From assembly GCF_963921235.1 (NCBI RefSeq), contig NC_086097.1, positions 223,016,001 through 223,080,000 on the forward strand: a stretch of 64,000 nt of DNA. The letters are read 5' to 3'. How positions within the stretch are numbered: the first letter of the stretch is position 1; each line of letters begins with the position of its first letter. Shown piece after piece: positions 51,898 through 62,404 of this stretch. The DNA comes from Mobula hypostoma. Taxonomy: Eukaryota. A program made the translations under genes and the position numbers. The notes under the pieces were generated by a model. That model had not been told where the DNA came from. It saw only the letters and a program-made list of their open reading frames with translations, and ran no database searches.

Positions 51898-52057
51898 GTA
51901 GAGGAACAAGCTTTGGTTTGACTAACTGGTGAATGATAGAGGACAACAGTTTTTTCAAGTAATGCTTTCTTAAAGTAATGGGTTCAAACAACTGCGGAAG
52001 CAGGGGTCCAAGTGAAGCCTAACCTAAAAATAGTACAGTAAAATCAATATTTGTTTT

Positions 52058-53047
52058 GGCTGTGTGCTCAGTCCACTGCCATTCACTCTGCTGACCCACA
52101 ACTGTGCTGCAACACACAGCTTGAACCACATCATCAAGTTCACCAATGGCATGACCATGGTGGGTCGCATCAGCAAGAATGATGAGTCAGCATACAGAGA
52201 GGAGGTGCAGTGGCTAACCGACTGGTGCAGAGCCAACAATCTGTCTCTGAATGTGAACAAAAGAGATGTTTGCTGACTTCAGGAGGACACGGAATGACCA
52301 TTCTCCACTAAACATCGATGACTCCTCCAGAGATCGTTAAGAGCACCAAATTTCTTGGTGTTCACCTGGCGGAGAATCTCACCTGGTCCCTCAACACCAG
52401 CTCCATAGCAAAGAAAGCCCAGCAGCGTCTCTACTTTCTGTGAAGGCTCAGAAAAGTCCATCTCCCACCCCTCCATCCTCACCACATTCTACAGAGGTTG
52501 TATTGAGAGCATCCTGAGCAGCTGCATCACTGCCTGATTCGGAAATTGCACCATCTCAGATCACAAGACCCTGCAGCGGATAGTGAGGTCAGCTGAGAAG
52601 ATCACTGGGGTCTCTCTTCCCGCCGTTACAGACATTTAGACCACATGCTGCATCCGCAAAGAAACTCTTCTCCCTCCTGCCATCTGGCAAAAGGCACCAA
52701 AGCATTCGGGCTCTATGACCAGACTATGTAACAGTTTCTTCCCCCAAGCCATCAGACTCCTCAAATAGCCAGAGCCTGGACTGACACCAACCTACTACCC
52801 TCTACTGTGCCTATTGTCTTGTTTATTATTTATTGTAATGCCTGCACTGTTTTGTGCACCTTATGCAGTCCTGGGTAGGTCTGTAGTCTAGTGTAGTTTT
52901 TGTGTTGTTTTACATAGTTCAGTGTAGTTTTTGTATTGTTTCATGTAGCACCATGGTACTGAAAATCTTAGTGTCTCATTTTTACTGTGTACTGTACCAG
53001 CAGTTATAGTCGAAATGACAATAAAAAGTGACTTGACTTGACTTGAT
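52058..53047 (+). mobile_element. 5'-truncated Rex1 LINE, same subfamily as 35845-37348
   Basis: Very similar to 36295-37348 including the 3' UTR and GACTT tail. Confidence 0.92.
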
Positions 53048-53087
53048 TTAACAGAGCAGTATTAACTGCAACATTCAGTTGGACCTT

Positions 53088-53840
53088 TTAGAAACTAAAC
53101 CAGATATCTTTATCGATTTTGACGCGACGTGTCACTGGCTTTGGAGGAGGAAGCATCCTCACAATGTCCTCAAACAGGTACCACAGCACATCATCTCTTA
53201 GTGGCCAGAAGAAACGGTTGACTCCTGTGTGGTGCATGCACTTAACCTGCACATGTGTCTCAGTGACTTGCTGAATGACTCCTGGGTAAATTTTACCATC
53301 GTATTTCAGAGCACACCACTGGTCAATCAAGTGAGGACCAAGGTGGATTTCGTCACCCTTGCTCTTGCGTGCTTGAGGCAGAGCAGGGGTTTTTTGCTGA
53401 ACTTCAAAACTAAAGTTATTAGTGTTGTCACACTGACACTCAAAACTTTATTTGGCGGTGCAAGGGCAGCTTACATCTCAGTACGTGATTTCTCCTGGTG
53501 CCACTGTGACTACCTGGTGGATCCACATAGTCGAGGGCACCACTGGCAGACTACTTGGCATATTCTCAAGCTGGCGCTTTCTTTCTCTGCTTCTTTGCTG
53601 TGCTTTCCTCCAATAGGCCCTCTTGCTTCTTTTTTGTCTCTCACTCATCTCTGTCACTGATTTGACCTTGCCTTGTGCTCTAAGTCTGTGCCATGCCTCT
53701 CTCTGCTTCACCAAGTATGCTGACCTTCTTGCAGGATCAGCATCCCGCCGAGCCCTGTATCTCCACTGTTTCTCAGCTGCTGACGTCTGTTTAAAATCAT
53801 TGGCAAATATCCCTTTAATCCTCAGTCTTCTCTGGCACAT
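53088..53840 (-). pseudogene. Sola2-like transposase relic (basic N-terminus joined to C-terminal domain; catalytic core missing)
   Basis: SAAEKQWRYRARRD...RKAQQRSRERKR joined to VPSTMWIHQV, then WCALKYDGKIYPGVI...VKCM...FFWP..DDVLWY. Confidence 0.65.
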
Positions 53841-54528
53841 ACAGGCCTAAACTATGACAAAATATACTGACCTATGGCAACTGATCCATTATCATCAGTG
53901 AACAACGTTACCCAGTAGGGTCACGTCAACTATGTTACTCATGAGTTAGCCCTACTGGGTAACTTTGTTGATAGGTAACATAGTTAACAATTTCCCTATT
54001 TTTAGCCCATAATTTCAATGGCAGGCCACATGGCTGGCCACATGTCATTTTCTTCATCAGGTTAACCTCAAATTTCAACATATATTTGAATTAAAATCAT
54101 AAAAGAATTGTAAACCATAACAATGTACCCAACAGAGGTGACGATCTATTAATATACTCCTTGACAATATGCTATTACAGATAAAGTATTTTTAAAAACT
54201 GAGAGGACACTCACCAGAATGTGTTCAAAATGGCTGCCGCTGAGAGAGATGACATCCCGTGATGCTGGTCACATGGTTTTGGGACAAACCATTTTTAGTT
54301 ACAGGGGGTTGTTCTGTTAGTAACATAGTTGGCTGAACTTTTACAGACGTTAATAAACTGAGATATTTATTTCATTTAAATGTGAAACTCAATTTAAAAA
54401 ATCATATTCTTCTAAAGTATTTAGAATTTTAAAATGAATAACAAATAGATAATGCTAACTTTAATAGTTTTTAATCATTATTTTGAGGCCAAGACCCGCT
54501 CAATTGAAAGATGGACATTGCAAAAACT

Positions 54529-55020
54529 CAACCACGAGGAAATCTGCAGATGCTGGAAATTCAAGCAACATACATCAAAGTTGCTGGTGGAACACATCAG
54601 GCCAGGCAGCATCTCTAGGAAGAGGTACAGTCGACATTTCGAGCCGAGACCCTTTGTCAGGACTAACTGAAAGAAGAGATAGAAAGAGATTTGAAAGTGG
54701 GAGGGAGAGGGGAGATCCAAAATGATAGGAGAAGACAGGAGGGGGAGGGATGAAGATAAGAGCTGGACAGTTGATTGGCAAAAGGGATACAGAGCTGGAG
54801 ACACGAGAGAAAGAAAGGGAGAGGGGAGTACCAGAGGAAGATGGAGAGCAGGCAAGGAGTGATTGTGAGAGGGAAAAAGACAGAGGAAAAAGGAAGGGGG
54901 GAAATAATAAATGAATAAATAAATTAAATAGAGGATGGGGTAAGAAGGGGAGGAGGGGCATTAGCAGAAGTTAGAGAAGTCAGTGTTCATGCCATATAAG
55001 GTGTTGTTCCTCCAACCTCT
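54529..55020 (-). mobile_element. 5'-truncated Penelope-like element 3' end with 13-bp TSD
   Basis: TSD CATTGCAAAAACT at 54516-54528 and 55021-55033; minus strand RLEEQHL..GMNTDFSNFC*, pyrimidine-rich UTR, mutated hammerhead at 54629-54664, then the terminal repeat. Confidence 0.88.
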
Positions 55021-55389
55021 CATTGCAAAAACTGTCAATTTAGGAACATCATGACAACTTCAAGCTAAATGAAACATAGTGTGCACAAAACGTTGGTCTG
55101 ATTTTGTAATATGCTTTCCCTCAATCGGTAAAATATGGTATTTTTGAAGAAAGTACTTAGAAAAAATATTATTGTCATCAATGGACATGAAATGTACCCC
55201 CAATTATAGAATGACTCATGTAAAGCATAGGAAGTTAGAGTCAAACAGAGCCCTTGAGGATTATAAAGAAGCCAGTAAAGAACTCGAGAAGGGAATTAGG
55301 AAAGCCTGCAGGGGACATGAAAAATGTTTGGCAAGTAGGTTTAAAGAGACTCCTAAGGCATTCTGTATATATTTCAACAGCAAGAGATT

Positions 55390-56760
55390 AGGACAACAAA
55401 GAAGTGACCTCAGGAGACAGAGAGCAGCTACAGGATCGCTTCGAGTCAGAGGACTGGGCTGTGTTCAAGGACTCATCTGTGAACCAAGTAAATACGCCAT
55501 GGTTACCACGGACTTCATTGAAACAGTTGTAGATGAGTGTGCCCCCACAAAATCATCCAGTCTTTCCCAAACAGAAGCCCTCGATGACACATGAGATCCG
55601 CAATCTGCTGAGAGCCAGATCAGAGACAATCAAGTCTGGCAACCAAGAAAGCTACAAGACATCTAGGTACGATCTCCGGAAAGCCATCTCACAGGTGATG
55701 GCAATTCCGGACTAAACTTGAATTGGTGCTTGACTGTTGTGGCATAGCTTAAAACAATCACCTCTTATAAAGTTAAATTAAGCCACATAGGCAACAGTAG
55801 GGTCTTGCTTCCAGATGAGCTCAATACCTTTATGCCCGCTTTGACTGTTAAAACATGGAGGAACCAACACGAACTTCTGCAGCCCACAATGATCCTGTGA
55901 TTTCAGTCTCTGAGGCCGACGTGCAAGCAGCCTTCAGGAGGGCAAACCAACGAAAAGCATCCGGCCCAGACAAGGTACCTGGCCAAGCTCCCAAGACCTG
56001 TGCTGATCAACTGGCTGCAGGGTTCACTGAGATCTTTAACCTCTCACTTCAGCAATCTGAGGTACACACCTGCTTCAGGCAGAATTCAATTCTGCCAGTG
56101 CCCAAGAAAAATGTGGTGACCTGCCCCAATGACTATGGTCCAGTAGCACTTTTATCCACAGTGATGAAGTGCTTTGAGAGGTTGGCGATGACATATATAT
56201 ATCAACTCCTGCCTGAGAAGTGATTTAGATCTGCTCCATTTGCCTACCAGAGCAATGGGTCCACAGCAAGTGCCATCTCATTGGTTCCTGATTCAACCAT
56301 GGAACATCTGGACAGTTAAGAAGCATACATCAGGATGCTCTTTATTGACTGCAGCTTGGCATCTCCTCAAAACTAATCAATAAGCTCTTTGTGCAATTGG
56401 ATCCTCAATTTCCTCACTTACAGACTCCAGTCAGTTTGTATTGGTAACATCTCCTCCACAATCTCCATCAGCAAAGGCGTACTACAAGGTGTGTGCATAG
56501 CTGCCCGCTCTACTCACTTTACACCTATGACTGTGAGACTAAGCACAGCTCCAATGCCAGATTCAAGTTTGCTGATGACACCACTGTTGCAGGCTGGATC
56601 AAAGGAGGTCAACCAGCATATGGGGGGAAGATTTAAAATCTGGCTGAATGGTGCTAAAACAACAACCTCTTACTCAATGTCAGCAAGACCAAGGAGCTAA
56701 TTATTGACTTCAGGAAAAGGAAACCAGAGGTCCCTGAGCCGGTCCTCATTGGAAGATCAG
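55390..56760 (+). mobile_element. Decayed Rex1/Babar ORF fragment
   Basis: RKASGPDKVPG...CADQLA, NDYGPVALLSTVMKCFERL, CNWILNFL and KFADD. Confidence 0.85.
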
Positions 56761-56787
56761 ATCTACAGTATAACTCAAGAATGCTAC

Positions 56788-56870
56788 CTAACAACTTCCT
56801 CCAGCAGATGGTTTTTTGTTGGAACAATGGCTGTTCCCTGTAGCCAGAGGACATGAGTGTGCCCTTTTAT
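56788..56870 (-). other. Candidate exon of an unidentified minus-strand gene (IKGHTHVLWLQGTAIVPTKNHLLEEVV)
   Basis: Strong acceptor ttttaatttctctcactttctacag, moderate donor AG|GTAGCA, only one open frame; unique sequence. Confidence 0.3.
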
Positions 56871-57204
56871 CTGTAGAAAGTGAGAGAAATTAAAAGAGGA
56901 GTTGTTGAAAGAAGGACGAGTGCTGTTCAGCAAATACTTGGATCTTTGTTTAAAACAAGAAATGGAGAGCCCACAGACTTCCTGATGGAGGATGGAGCTG
57001 TACAGAGGCTGGACTTTCTAATGTTAAAGTCAGTCTTTAATTAATCATAAAAGCAAAATACAGAATTTTTGCAATGTATAAATATGAGTTTTTTGCTTTG
57101 GAAATTAATCAATGCAAAACTATTTGGCCAATCATCCCAATTTTTTCTACAATGTGACAAAACTGAAGGTAAAGGGCATTACAAAATAAATAGCCACAGG
57201 GACC

Positions 57205-57729
57205 ATAATACCATAAGACATAGGAGCAGAATTAGGCCATTTGTCCCATCAAGTCTGCTCCGCCATTCAATCATGGCTGATCCTTTATCCTTCTCCTCAG
57301 CCCCACTCCCCAGCCTTCTCCCTGTAACCTTTGATGCAGTGTCCAATCAAGCTTTGCCTTAAATACACCCGACAACCTGGCCTTCAGAGCTGTCTGTAAT
57401 TCACCACCCTCTGGCTAAAGATTTTTCTCTGCATCTCTGTTTTGAATGGACGCCCCTCTATCCTGAGTCTGTGCTCTCTTGTTCAAGACTTCCCATCCAT
57501 GGGAAACATTTTTTCCACATCTACTCTGTCTAGGCCTTTCAATGAGATCCCCTTCTTACTTCTAAATTCCAGTGAGTACAGACCCAGAGCCATCAGACAT
57601 TCCTCATATAACAAACCTTTCATTCCCAGAGTCATCCTTGTGAACCTCCTCTGAACCCTCACCACTGCCAGCACATCTTTTCTTAGATGAGGAACCCAAA
57701 ACTATTCTCAACACTCAAGATGAGGCCTC
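57205..57729 (-). mobile_element. CR1 3' end, split by the L1; continues at 62331-62600
   Basis: LGLYSLEFRS...; the other half MHFAGRNK...[11 protein letters not shown] (ORF 62243-62578) joins across the TSD. Confidence 0.88.
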
Positions 57730-60700
57730 GGGACTTCCGGTAGCGCTCATGGAGTGAAGTCGCGTTCTTGACTCGCTCCATTACCTCTGAGTTTTTTCTC
57801 TCTATGGTCAGCTATACTTTAATTAACTATTAAGGCATCAATTTTTACAATACTTTGAATTAAACTCAATTCTCTGACAATTGGATGATACTGAGATCGG
57901 CTATGTCTAAGAACGGGAAAGACGGCAAGGATGGTAAACCTCCGGTTAAACCGAAAGCTACGGATCTCCCTCCGACTGAATCACCGGTGACTTTGGAAGC
58001 TATATCGGAGTTAATTCAGAGGGAAATTTCAACCTCTGTTAGGGAGATGATTCGTACAGAAATTATGGGCTCTGTTAAAGACCTGATTCATATGGAAATC
58101 TCAACTAAGTTCCAGAAAATTGCCGATTTAATTGATAAGATGCAAACATGTATTGCGGAACATCAGTCGGCTATATCTGGTCTTCAAAAATCCGCGCAAC
58201 AAAGTGAGCTTAAGATGGGGAAAGTCGAAGAAACAATTAATGTAATGAAGAAGAAACTTGACTTTTTGACTTTTAAAAACTCTGACTTGGAATCTAGAAT
58301 GCGACGGCAGAATTTACGAATGATTGGCGTCAGGGAAGCCGTGGAAGCTAACAACCCTATGAAATATTTCTCCCAACTTTTAAAAGATGCATTCCCTACT
58401 GTATTTCCTGACCAACCACCGCTACTGGATCGTGTTCACAGAATCCCATCATACTCGTCTAGGTCAGATAGACCTAGGCATGTTATCTTACGTTTTCATT
58501 ACTTTCAAGACAAGGAGAGACTGTTTCGATTCGCTCGATCTAAAGGTTTCATTGATTTTTCGGATCTTAGGTTCCGATTCGTGGAAGATTTCAGTAAACC
58601 AATCTGGGACCAACGGGTCCGTTACAGATCCGTGATGTCGGAATTCTATAAGAGGGATTTAAGACCAGCGCTGCTGTACCCTGCACGTCTAAGGATTCGC
58701 ATGTTAGATGGAGCTCTTCGTTTTTTTGATTCTCCATCGGATGCCCAGAGTTATCTGGATCAACTTTCATCTTCAACATCTTAATTGCCTTTTTTTAATT
58801 TTCTCCGTTGATCGGAGGCTGTGAATTGGTTGGTTTTAACTTTTCTGTGCCCTATTTGGGCAGAAAAGTTTACTTTCGATTTCTTAATATGGCTGCTAAA
58901 CTTTCTTTTTAACTGCGTCATTTCTTTCTTTTCCCAGGGGATTCTGGGTGGTTACTTCCCTTTTGTCATCTTACGTATTTCCTGTGCGGCCTTAAATTTT
59001 GTAGTTTTTTTTAAATTTTATTCTGTTTTGCTTTTTATAATCATTTTATGTTAATAATCCTATTTTTTTTGTTGCTGTGTCTATTCATGAGTTTGAGGTT
59101 TATTGTGGTTTTTTTTTAATATATACTTTCCGGCTTTTGTTCTGTTCTGTGTGTATTTTAATTGAGCTAACTTTTTTTTTACTTATTTTTTTTACTGTTT
59201 TACAATTAGCTGATCCTTTTCATATTTATACCTTTTTTTTAGGGAGCGTATACCGGAAGTCATGGGGGTAGTTTTAGCGCTTGCTTCTTTCTGGCGGGTC
59301 TGCTTTAGATTTCGCCTTGGGGTCCTGGGGTGGGGGGCGGTGGGAGGGGCTTCACGTTTTAGTTTGTTTCTCTTTGGGCTATATACATTATTGAAGTATT
59401 GGTTACGTCCTTTTCCCCGGTATCTTTTGTATGTTCTGTTTCCTCTCCGGGTCTGTGGGTCGCGCCTATTGTCAATCCTCCTTGTTATGGGTTGACTTTA
59501 GGATTTATGGAGTCTATTATTAATTTTGTCTCCTGGAATACTAATGGTCTTAATCATCCTATTAAAAGGAAAAAAGTTTTTAAAGTGTTCCGGAGACTTA
59601 AAGCACAAATTTTATTTTTACAAGAGACCCATGTACGGAGGGGGGACAGACTACGTTTTTTCAAATTTTGGAAGGGACAACAATTTCATTCGAACTCCAA
59701 TGCTAAGATTCGAGGCGTCTCTATTTTTATAGACTCCTCAGTTACTTTTATACAACAGGATATTATCTCTGATCCGAATGGTAGATTTTTATTGGTTAGT
59801 GGTTTATTATTTAATAAAAAAGTAGTTTTGGTTAATGTTTATGCTCCTAATATGGATTGTCCGGAATTTTATAAATCATTGTTTGATCAGTTTCCGAATT
59901 TGAACGAGTTTTCATTGATTTGGGGCGGAGATCTTAATACCTGTTTATCTCCAGCTTTGGACCGTTCGGCTCCTTTACGGACTTTACCTAATAAATCTGC
60001 AAATTTGATTAATTTTTTCCTTTCTGATTCTGGGTCGACGGACATTTGGCGTTTTCTGCATCCTCAGGAAAAAGATTTTTCCTTCTTTTCACATGTTCAT
60101 CATTCCTATTCAAGAATTGATTATTTTTTCATTGATTCTCGTCTCATTCCTTCAGTGATTAAATGTGATTATGATTCTATAACCATTTCGGATCATGCTC
60201 CACTTAAGCTTTCTATTAAAATTATGGCCAATATACCAAACAATAGACAATGGCGTTTTAATTCGCTGTTGCTTCAGGACTCGGACTTTGTTAATTTTAT
60301 GAATGAACAGATTGAGCTTTTTTTTACAATTAACCATACAGAAGATATTTCGGTTAACACTCTTTGGGACACTTTTAAAGCCTATATTCGGGGTCAGATT
60401 ATTTCGTATTCCGTTGCTTTGAGGAAGAAACAGAAGCAGGAGGAGATGGTAATTGTGGACAAGATTAAAGAAATTGATAAGAAATATGTTATGGCTCCTT
60501 CTGAGGAGCTATACAAACAAAGAACTGAACTTCAAATGGAACACAGTTTACTACTCTCGTCCTCGATTGTAAACCAATTAAAGAAAACAAGAAGTGATTT
60601 TTATGTTCACAGTGATAAAATTGGCAAGCTGCTGGCTAATCAATTGAAATCTAATTATGTTAAATCTCAAATCAATCAGATTTATAACCAAAATGATCGA

Positions 60701-62330
60701 TTGATATTGGATCATGTGGGGATTAATCAAACCTTTTGTGATTTTTATTCTTCTTTATACCAATCAGAGTCTCCTCGAGATTCTAAATATATGAATGATT
60801 TTTTAGATAAGTTAGACTTCCCTCTGATTTCACAGGATATGTCTTCTTTATTAGATACTTCCATTACAATGGATGAGATTAAGAATGTTATTTTTTCTAT
60901 GAATCTGGGGAAAGCTCCTGGCCCTGATGGGTTTACCGTTGAATTTTATAAATGTTTTGCTTCTTTATTGATTCCTTGGCTCTATAAGGTTTTTGAGGCT
61001 TCTTTGAAACTTGGTAAACTTCCGGAATCTTTTAATAGAGCATCAATTTCTTTAATACTAAAGAAGGATAAAGACCCTGCTCAATGTGCATCTTATAGAC
61101 CAATATCTTTATTAAATGTTGATTCTAAAGTTTTTTCTAAGTTATTAGCAAATAGACTAGAAAAAGTACTTCCTTCTATTATTTCGGAAGACCAAACGGG
61201 TTTTATTAAAGGTCGTTACTCTTTTTATAATATTCGTACATTGTTAAATATCGTTTATACTCCCTCACAAAATGTTCCTGAGTGTGTTATTTCTTTAGAT
61301 GCCGAGAAAGCTTTTGATAGAGTAGAATGGCCTTATTTATTTAAGGTGCTTGAAATGTTTAATTTTAGCTTGAAATTTATATCCTGGATTAAACTGTTAT
61401 ATTACTCCCCTGTAGCCTCGGTTCGTACTAACTCCTTAAACTCACCTTTTTTTCCTCTCTTTCGTGGTACTCGACAAGGCTGTCCTCTTAGTCCCCTATT
61501 ATTTGATATTGCATTAGAACCTCTTGCAATTGCTATTCGAGAATCTTTAAATATTACTGGGATAACTCGGGGATTAAAGTCCCATAAATTATCACTCTAT
61601 GCTGATGATTTACTTTTATATATTTCTAATCCTGAGAGATCCATTCCTGCTGTTTTAGAGTTATTAGCACAATTTGGTCTTTTCTCAGGTTATAAATTAA
61701 ATCTTAGTAAGAGTGAACTTTTTCCGATTAATAAACATCTTCCCTTATATTATAAATTTCCATTTAAATTGATTAATAATTACTTTTCATATCTTGGGAT
61801 TAAAATTACTTGTAAACATAAAGATTTATTTAAGACTAACTTTTTACCATTAATAGACCATATTACTCAACTTTCATCTAAATGGTTTCCCTTATATTTA
61901 ACTTTGATTGGTCGTATTAATGCAGTTAAGATGTTTTTTTTGCCAAAATTTTTATATGTGTTTCAGGCATTACCAATTTTCGTTCCTAAATCTTTTTTTG
62001 ATAAAGTTGACTCTAAAATTTCTTCATTTATTTGGCAGAACAAGAATCCGAGACTGGGTAAAATACATTTACAGAAAGCTAAGAGAGATGGAGGTTTAGC
62101 ATTACCTAACTTTAGATTTTATTATTGGGCTATTAATATTCGACATATGAAATTTTGGTTACTTGACCGGGACATACTATTTATTCCTAAATGGGTAGCA
62201 TTGGAATTACAATCTGTTCAGGGTTATACACTTGGTTCTATTTTAGGTTCCTCTCTTCCTTTTGATTCGAAACGTCTTAAGCAGGTCTCTAACCCGATAG
62301 TTAAATATGCTTTGCGCATTTGGTTTCAAT
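57730..62330 (+). mobile_element. Young L1-clade LINE, 5'-complete and 3'-truncated, with 15-bp TSD
   Basis: TSD TCAAGATGAGGCCTC at 57715-57729 and 62331-62345; GGGACTTCCGG 5' end; ORF1, spacer and ORF2 present; no poly(A). Confidence 0.95.
57885..58784 (+). CDS. L1 ORF1p (coiled coil, RRM, CTD); start may be the ATG at 57903
   Basis: LESRMRRQNLRMIGVRE, LDRVHR, PRHVILRF, EDFS and LLYPARLRI; open frame. Confidence 0.92.
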   Translation: MILRSAMSKNGKDGKDGKPPVKPKATDLPPTESPVTLEAISELIQREISTSVREMIRTEIMGSVKDLIHMEISTKFQKIADLIDKMQTCIAEHQSAISGLQKSAQQSELKMGKVEETINVMKKKLDFLTFKNSDLESRMRRQNLRMIGVREAVEANNPMKYFSQLLKDAFPTVFPDQPPLLDRVHRIPSYSSRSDRPRHVILRFHYFQDKERLFRFARSKGFIDFSDLRFRFVEDFSKPIWDQRVRYRSVMSEFYKRDLRPALLYPARLRIRMLDGALRFFDSPSDAQSYLDQLSSSTS

Positions 62331-62404
62331 TCAAGATGAGGCCTCACCAGTGCCTTATAAAGCATCAGCAACACATCCCTGCTCTTGTGTTCTGGACCTC
62401 TTGA
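59507..62404 (+). CDS. L1 ORF2p (APE endonuclease + RT), C-terminally truncated at 62330 and reading into antisense CR1
   Basis: SWNTNGL, LQETH, NVYAPN, GGDLN, SRIDYF, SDHAP; KAPGPDG, SYRPISL, LDAEKAFD, GTRQGCPLSP, YADD; no stops. ATG 59507 is in frame with the 1001-aa ORF. Confidence 0.93.
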   Translation: MESIINFVSWNTNGLNHPIKRKKVFKVFRRLKAQILFLQETHVRRGDRLRFFKFWKGQQFHSNSNAKIRGVSIFIDSSVTFIQQDIISDPNGRFLLVSGLLFNKKVVLVNVYAPNMDCPEFYKSLFDQFPNLNEFSLIWGGDLNTCLSPALDRSAPLRTLPNKSANLINFFLSDSGSTDIWRFLHPQEKDFSFFSHVHHSYSRIDYFFIDSRLIPSVIKCDYDSITISDHAPLKLSIKIMANIPNNRQWRFNSLLLQDSDFVNFMNEQIELFFTINHTEDISVNTLWDTFKAYIRGQIISYSVALRKKQKQEEMVIVDKIKEIDKKYVMAPSEELYKQRTELQMEHSLLLSSSIVNQLKKTRSDFYVHSDKIGKLLANQLKSNYVKSQINQIYNQNDRLILDHVGINQTFCDFYSSLYQSESPRDSKYMNDFLDKLDFPLISQDMSSLLDTSITMDEIKNVIFSMNLGKAPGPDGFTVEFYKCFASLLIPWLYKVFEASLKLGKLPESFNRASISLILKKDKDPAQCASYRPISLLNVDSKVFSKLLANRLEKVLPSIISEDQTGFIKGRYSFYNIRTLLNIVYTPSQNVPECVISLDAEKAFDRVEWPYLFKVLEMFNFSLKFISWIKLLYYSPVASVRTNSLNSPFFPLFRGTRQGCPLSPLLFDIALEPLAIAIRESLNITGITRGLKSHKLSLYADDLLLYISNPERSIPAVLELLAQFGLFSGYKLNLSKSELFPINKHLPLYYKFPFKLINNYFSYLGIKITCKHKDLFKTNFLPLIDHITQLSSKWFPLYLTLIGRINAVKMFFLPKFLYVFQALPIFVPKSFFDKVDSKISSFIWQNKNPRLGKIHLQKAKRDGGLALPNFRFYYWAINIRHMKFWLLDRDILFIPKWVALELQSVQGYTLGSILGSSLPFDSKRLKQVSNPIVKYALRIWFQFKMRPHQCLIKHQQHIPALVFWTS

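Larger units (their letters stand above)
50823..55217 (-). mobile_element. Sola2-type DNA transposon, internally deleted, with three nested retroelements
   Basis: TSD ATGT at 50819-50822 and 55218-55221; GGG...CTC termini; about 30-bp TIR GRGwCATTCTATAATTGG...TACATTTCA; transposase N- and C-terminal relics. Confidence 0.8.

Noticed and set aside
59399..59506. N-terminal extension of the 1001-aa ORF
   Set aside because: It begins at a non-ATG codon in the spacer; endonuclease homology starts at ATG 59507.
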